From a virus, in the IMG/VR virus record IMGVR_UViG_3300021197_001203, positions 44,316 to 108,315 of that record: 64,000 bases of DNA, one strand, 5' to 3'. The notes beneath the pieces are model-generated. The model had not been told where the DNA came from, searched no databases, and saw only the letters and a program-made list of their open reading frames with translations. A program made the translations under genes and the position numbers. Shown here piece after piece: positions 59,110-64,000 of the stretch; position 1 is the first letter of the stretch, and the number at the start of each line of letters is the position of its first letter.

Positions 59110-62100
59110 TCACCCTATGTATATCCACTTTTGAGCTACTGGGCAAATGTAGGTTCTAGCGGTTTCATCTGCCATAGCAGTGTGGGCAGTCCAGTTTGTA
59201 GCAATATCATTTGATGTACCCAAGTCGGGCGTTGCCGCACCATTTGTGTTATTGATGATCACAAACTGTTGACCTACTTCGGCAGTAGGAGGTAATTCAA
59301 GTGTTCCGCCAGTCCAATAAATGGTCTTGCCTGAATCAGCATCACCCAATACCGTGTTGGTACTAACTGCTTTGATAACGGTCTTGTAGCCTTGTAAGGT
59401 GCTTGTGAATGTTTTAGCACCTGTAAATGATTGAGTACCTGCTAAGGTAGCATCACCTGTATTAGTAGTATAACCATAATCTTCAATCTTTTCTTTGATT
59501 GCGCCTGATGACATCAAGTGGTCGTCAGTATCAACGAACTCACTACCTATGTCTATATCGTTAAAGGAATGGCCGCCCAAAGTTATTGAGGCGGGTGTCA
59601 CAGCCCCCGTCACAGTTATTGAATCCACAAATGTATCTTTGAATCTTAGACTTGTAGTACCCAAATCAACATCACTATCAACAGGTGGATAAATTGCACC
59701 ATCTGTAATATATAATTGGTCGTCTTGATTAGCCATTAGTCTGAGTTGATTCGCGCTATGGAAATACTTTATTCCCCCTGCATATTGGTCTGACCCATTG
59801 ATGAAAAAGATAGCATCATTATTCACATTTCCATTACTATCCTTTTTGAAATTAAGACGGCCATACAAAGAAGAAATATCTATGTCGCCTGTTTCATCAA
59901 GTGTTCCTGTTATTGTTGGAGTTGCTATTGTCGGTGAAGTTAGAGTTTTGTTAGTCAAGGTTTGTGTTCCTGTTAATGTCACATCACCTGTACCATAATT
60001 GTAAGACTCAATCTTTTCTCTGATTGCACCTGATGACATTAAATGGTCGTCTGTATCGACAAACTCAGTACCTACATCTATGTCTGCAACCGCATGACCG
60101 CCAAGTGTAATAGAACCTGCTGTTGTAAAACCACCCGCAGTAATAATGCCTGTTGTTGTATCATTACCGTTATTGACTAAGAAAGCATCATCCACATTAA
60201 ATGTAGTACCACTCAATGAAATGTTAGTCCCTGCTGAATAAGTAGTGTTTGTTGCAGATAAAACCCCGTTAGCAGCTGTAAGGTTAGTCCCTGCTGTTGC
60301 AGCGATTAAATCCACAATAGATTCTTTCTTGGTGGCCCCAGTAGCACCCCCATCAAGGAATAAAACGTAATCAGAGGCAACGGCCACCGCTGCTTCAGTA
60401 GCTTCAGACAGATCGACATTGAATGTAGTGCCTGACAAGTCAAGAAGTGTACCAGCTGTATATTCGGTATTGGTATTAGTCGTAAATGTAAGACCGTTTT
60501 GCATATATGTCTTCAACCTAGACATTGTTGCTTTTCTGTTGGTCCCACCTGCCCCGTCATCAACTATCATCAGGTCTGCATCAGCCAATGCTGCACCAAT
60601 ATCAGTCATACCGTCTATATCCAAATTGATAGTCACGGTATCAGTCGCACCGACAACAGTTGCTAAACCAACACCACCAGCAATATCGAATGTATTACCG
60701 TGTGCTATTGTTTGGTTCGTACCCGAATCAGCAGTTAATGTAAAAGTGGTTAATTGATTAGTATTAGTGTTTGTAGGGGTCGCCCATTCACCATCTTTTC
60801 TCAAAAACGTATCGCCATGAGTAGCGGAACCAGCAAGTACCAAACCAGCTGCATAACTGTTGCCTCCACCCATGATGGAATAAACAGTATTAGTATCGGT
60901 TGCATTGATATTAGTGCCGCTAATTGCTAAATTACTGTTAGGTGTAGCGAATGCAATAGCCCCTGCTGAATCATCCCAAATTAGAATCCTATCAGCACCG
61001 GGGTCAGACAATGACTCTATACCAAGATGAGATAATGCAAGCCCATTTGTTGCCTGAGAAAGCCCAGCACCAGCGGCAACACTGAATGTAGTGCTACTAA
61101 GAGCAATCCCATTCCCAGCTGAATAGGTGGTATTTGTGTTAGTATCAGTAGCAGACAGAACTCCATTAGATGCAGATAAATTATTACCAGCCATAGCTGC
61201 AACTAAATCAGCAATCGCCTCCTTCTTTGTGGCCCCTGTTCCCCCTCCGTCAAGGAACAAAAAGTAATCATCAGCTACTGCGACAGTAGTTTCCGTAGCT
61301 TCGGATAAATCCACATTGAATGTAGTTCCGCTAAGATCAAGAAGTGTGCCAGCAGTATATTCAGTATTGGTGTCGGTGTTTGCATCATTGATCCAAGTAA
61401 AACCGCCAGTTGCCGCATTATAACTCAATACTTGATTGTCGCTAGGACTGTTAGACACTTTGAGATTTGCTTCATCCACCACATTATCTGCAATTGTTAA
61501 TGAGGTAGCACCTGTGACTTCACCCGTATGTGCTGTATGGCTAAAGGTCGTACTAGATAGAGTGATACCCGTACCAGCACTATATGTTGTATTCGTATTA
61601 GTATCGGTTGCATTAATATTAGTCCCACTTGAAGTAATATTGCTGTTCAAAGTAAACCATGCTAATGTTCCAGCTGAATCATCCCACCCCAATACCCGGT
61701 CTGCATTAGGATCGCTAAGAGATTGTAGGCCCAAGTGAGATAACGCCAGCCCACTAGATGATTGAGATAAACCAGTTCCCGCCGCTACACTAAATGTGGT
61801 ACCGCTTAAAGCAATACCATTTCCGGCAGAATAAGTAGTATCTGTATTAGTATCAGTAGCGGCAATAGTCAAGTTTGTACCGCTGGGTGTTAATGTGATG
61901 TTAGAACCTGCTACAAACTTAATGTCTTGGGTGCCGCTTGACGCACCACTTTTAGTTAATCTAAGTATAGTATCATTAGATGAATCAACAAAAGATGATG
62001 TGAATATATTCTGTGTGTTTGTGTCAGTATTAGTATCTGTTGAAGCAATGGTCACTGCCCCTCCGCTTTCAGTAATGGTCACATTACTACCTGCTGTAAA

Positions 62101-64000
62101 CGCTAAAGTTTCAGATGAACCAAGAGTATTGCCCCCTGCTGTTATTGTTCTAAAAGTGTTAGTATCAGTAAGTGATATTGTTCCGCTTGCATCGGGGAGG
62201 ACTATTGTTCGGTCAGCAGTTGGGTCAGTTATATCCAAAGTAGTTTCGTATGCGTTAGTTGTATCTCCTTCAAAAATTAAGTTTGAGCCGCCGTTATTCA
62301 CTTTATTGAACTTATAACCTGCTGAACTAAACTCCATTGTAGCAATAGCATTGTTGTCGCTACCTGTGAATGAAAGACTCGCACCACTACTTGCTACTGC
62401 CCCTGTCTTAACTGCGAAATTAGTTGATGTGCCGCCTACTAATTGAATACTATTAGCAAGAGTGACATTACCCGCGGCAGACGCAATTGTCACAGTATCG
62501 CTGGATGCGTTTGTAGTTAATGCGATATTAGTCCCAGCTGCTAAAGTTAGAGTATCAGTAGCCGAATCTGCCACTACGTTAGATTGTCCTGAAACTGCAA
62601 TTGTTTTGAATGCCTCACCCGCACCACCGGACGCAGTTGTGTCGATCTCGTCTTGAAGGTTATCTATTGTCACATATTTCCATGACGAAGCCGATTCATC
62701 CCAAATAGGCATTCTATCGTCTGCGGCAATAGTGCCCTCATCTATGCTAGTGCCATCAGCAGGGTCGGCCATACTGAAAGTTGTCCCACTAAGAGCCAAT
62801 CCGGTTCCAGCAGAATATTCAGTATTAGTATCGGTAGCAGCAATAGTTAGATTCGTGCCACTGGGAGTTAATGACACATTGGAACCAGCTACAAACTTAA
62901 TATCTTGAGTGCCGCTACTTGCACCACTCTTAGTCAATCGAAGTATTGTATCATTAGAAGAATCGACAAATGATGATGTGAATACATTTTGTGTATTTGT
63001 ATCTGTATTAGTATCTGTCGAAGCAATTGTGACCGCACCCCCACTCTCAGTAATAGTCACATTAGACCCTGCGGTAAATGCTAAAGTTTCAGTAGCACCT
63101 AATGTATTTGACCCCGCCGTAATTGTTCTAAATGTGTTTGTGTTAGTATCTGTTGCATTTACGTTAGTGCCACTTATCGCCAAATTACTATTAGGAGTAG
63201 CAAATACGATAGCACCAGCAGAATCATCCCAAATTAACAATCTGTCTGCACCGGGATCGCTTAAGCTCTCTATCCCTAAATGACTTAGGTTCACTGTCAC
63301 TGTATCTGTATTGCCAACCGCTGTTGCTATTCCCGTCCCACCAGCAACGTCTAATGTATTGCCGTGTGCGATAGTTTGGTTGGTGCCCGAATCTCCTGTT
63401 AATGTGAATGTAGTTAATTGATTTGTATTAGTATCACTAAGCGATATTGTTCCGCTTGCATCAGGCAATACGATTGTTCTATCCGCACTAACTGTTCCTG
63501 CTTTCAATAATATCTCATTGTTGTTTGCAGCACTGCCTTCAAATTGAACCCCATTGGATGTTGATACTGTTTCCACGTTATTGGTAATAGTTGTCCCAGT
63601 GACAGTAAGGTCGCCAGCAACCGTCATATCATGATTTACTGCAATGGTCCCGCTACCGTTAGTGCCCAATGAATAACTAGCTACATCGTTTAATAAAGCG
63701 GTGATTTCAGATGCTGTTTGATCTGCGGTTGCACTTGCTTCTATTGCGTCAAGTTTCGATTTCAATGTATTCGTAAAGTTGTTTTGTGTAAGCCCGCCAT
63801 CGCCTACTGAATACTCAGTATTAGTATCAGTAGCAGCAATAGTTAGATTTGTGCCGCTAGGTGTTAAAGTCACGTTGGAACCAGCTACGAACTTAATGTC
63901 TTGAGTACCACTTGACGCACCACTCTTGGTTAGCCTAAGTATTGTGTCATTAGAAGAATCAACGAATGATGATGTGAATACATTTTGTGTATTTGTATCT
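59110..64000 (-). CDS. Long repetitive tail fibre protein (5'-partial)
   Basis: The frame stays open to the window end; T/G/S/A/D/N-rich modules joined by TDTNT linkers. Confidence 0.85.
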   Translation of the reverse strand, partial: DTNTQNVFTSSFVDSSNDTILRLTKSGASSGTQDIKFVAGSNVTLTPSGTNLTIAATDTNTEYSVGDGGLTQNNFTNTLKSKLDAIEASATADQTASEITALLNDVASYSLGTNGSGTIAVNHDMTVAGDLTVTGTTITNNVETVSTSNGVQFEGSAANNNEILLKAGTVSADRTIVLPDASGTISLSDTNTNQLTTFTLTGDSGTNQTIAHGNTLDVAGGTGIATAVGNTDTVTVNLSHLGIESLSDPGADRLLIWDDSAGAIVFATPNSNLAISGTNVNATDTNTNTFRTITAGSNTLGATETLAFTAGSNVTITESGGAVTIASTDTNTDTNTQNVFTSSFVDSSNDTILRLTKSGASSGTQDIKFVAGSNVSLTPSGTNLTIAATDTNTEYSAGTGLALSGTTFSMADPADGTSIDEGTIAADDRMPIWDESASSWKYVTIDNLQDEIDTTASGGAGEAFKTIAVSGQSNVVADSATDTLTLAAGTNIALTTNASSDTVTIASAAGNVTLANSIQLVGGTSTNFAVKTGAVASSGASLSFTGSDNNAIATMEFSSAGYKFNKVNNGGSNLIFEGDTTNAYETTLDITDPTADRTIVLPDASGTISLTDTNTFRTITAGGNTLGSSETLAFTAGSNVTITESGGAVTIASTDTNTDTNTQNIFTSSFVDSSNDTILRLTKSGASSGTQDIKFVAGSNITLTPSGTNLTIAATDTNTDTTYSAGNGIALSGTTFSVAAGTGLSQSSSGLALSHLGLQSLSDPNADRVLGWDDSAGTLAWFTLNSNITSSGTNINATDTNTNTTYSAGTGITLSSTTFSHTAHTGEVTGATSLTIADNVVDEANLKVSNSPSDNQVLSYNAATGGFTWINDANTDTNTEYTAGTLLDLSGTTFNVDLSEATETTVAVADDYFLFLDGGGTGATKKEAIADLVAAMAGNNLSASNGVLSATDTNTNTTYSAGNGIALSSTTFSVAAGAGLSQATNGLALSHLGIESLSDPGADRILIWDDSAGAIAFATPNSNLAISGTNINATDTNTVYSIMGGGNSYAAGLVLAGSATHGDTFLRKDGEWATPTNTNTNQLTTFTLTADSGTNQTIAHGNTFDIAGGVGLATVVGATDTVTINLDIDGMTDIGAALADADLMIVDDGAGGTNRKATMSRLKTYMQNGLTFTTNTNTEYTAGTLLDLSGTTFNVDLSEATEAAVAVASDYVLFLDGGATGATKKESIVDLIAATAGTNLTAANGVLSATNTTYSAGTNISLSGTTFNVDDAFLVNNGNDTTTGIITAGGFTTAGSITLGGHAVADIDVGTEFVDTDDHLMSSGAIREKIESYNYGTGDVTLTGTQTLTNKTLTSPTIATPTITGTLDETGDIDISSLYGRLNFKKDSNGNVNNDAIFFINGSDQYAGGIKYFHSANQLRLMANQDDQLYITDGAIYPPVDSDVDLGTTSLRFKDTFVDSITVTGAVTPASITLGGHSFNDIDIGSEFVDTDDHLMSSGAIKEKIEDYGYTTNTGDATLAGTQSFTGAKTFTSTLQGYKTVIKAVSTNTVLGDADSGKTIYWTGGTLELPPTAEVGQQFVIINNTNGAATPDLGTSNDIATNWTAHTAMADETARTYICPVAQKWIYIG
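61845..64000. repeat. Three near-identical intragenic fibre modules (about 61845-62170, 62810-63150, 63815-64000)
   Basis: FTSSFVDSSNDTILRLTKSGASSGTQDIKFVAGSN..LTPSGTNLTIAATDTNT is repeated with mostly synonymous differences. Confidence 0.85.

Noticed and set aside
1832-63283. Numerous short antisense or alternate-frame ORFs inside long genes (e.g. 32988..33419, 50679..51137, 61895..62317)
   Set aside because: Shadow ORFs of strongly biased coding strands, with no motifs or RBS.
61845-64000. Diversity-generating retroelement template/variable repeats
   Set aside because: Differences between copies are mostly synonymous rather than adenine-specific, all copies are in-frame, and no reverse transcriptase is present in the window.

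Overview
This is about 64 kb of a tailed archaeal virus genome, most consistent with a magrovirus infecting Marine Group II / Poseidoniales. That assignment is inferred from a group II chaperonin, a fused archaeal primase, an ERCC4 nuclease, archaeal TATA promoters and GGAGGTGA ribosome-binding sites. Layout: (i) 1-847, small minus-strand late genes; (ii) about 850-1700, a non-coding junction with A-tracts and a dense short-motif array, probably the genome terminus or packaging region; (iii) 1704-32193, a plus-strand early/replication arm (YodL-bearing modular giant ORF, SF1 helicase, pyrimidine-dimer glycosylase, thermosome, zincin, degenerate DNA ligase, SSB, recombination ATPase, PAPS-reductase-like enzyme, Cas4-like nuclease, primase, ERCC4 nuclease, helicase-like ATPase); (iv) 32159-64000, a minus-strand tail module (fibre, tube, frameshifted chaperones, tape measure, tail-tip proteins) ending in ParB-like and C5-methyltransferase-like genes. 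Strongest unexplained signals: (1) a shared F-[DEQ]-x-[AGS]-W-x(3,4)-K leader on five unrelated late proteins, a candidate virion-cargo targeting/processing system; (2) about 30 TCGATCA/TGATCGA heptamers in the first 22.5 kb, with CCGG avoided in part of that region; (3) a repeated xxxVV[QNHS]E[SAV]R linker dividing the first early ORF into modules; (4) two distinct promoter architectures. All family calls come from motif recognition by eye and all counts are manual. No database search was run.
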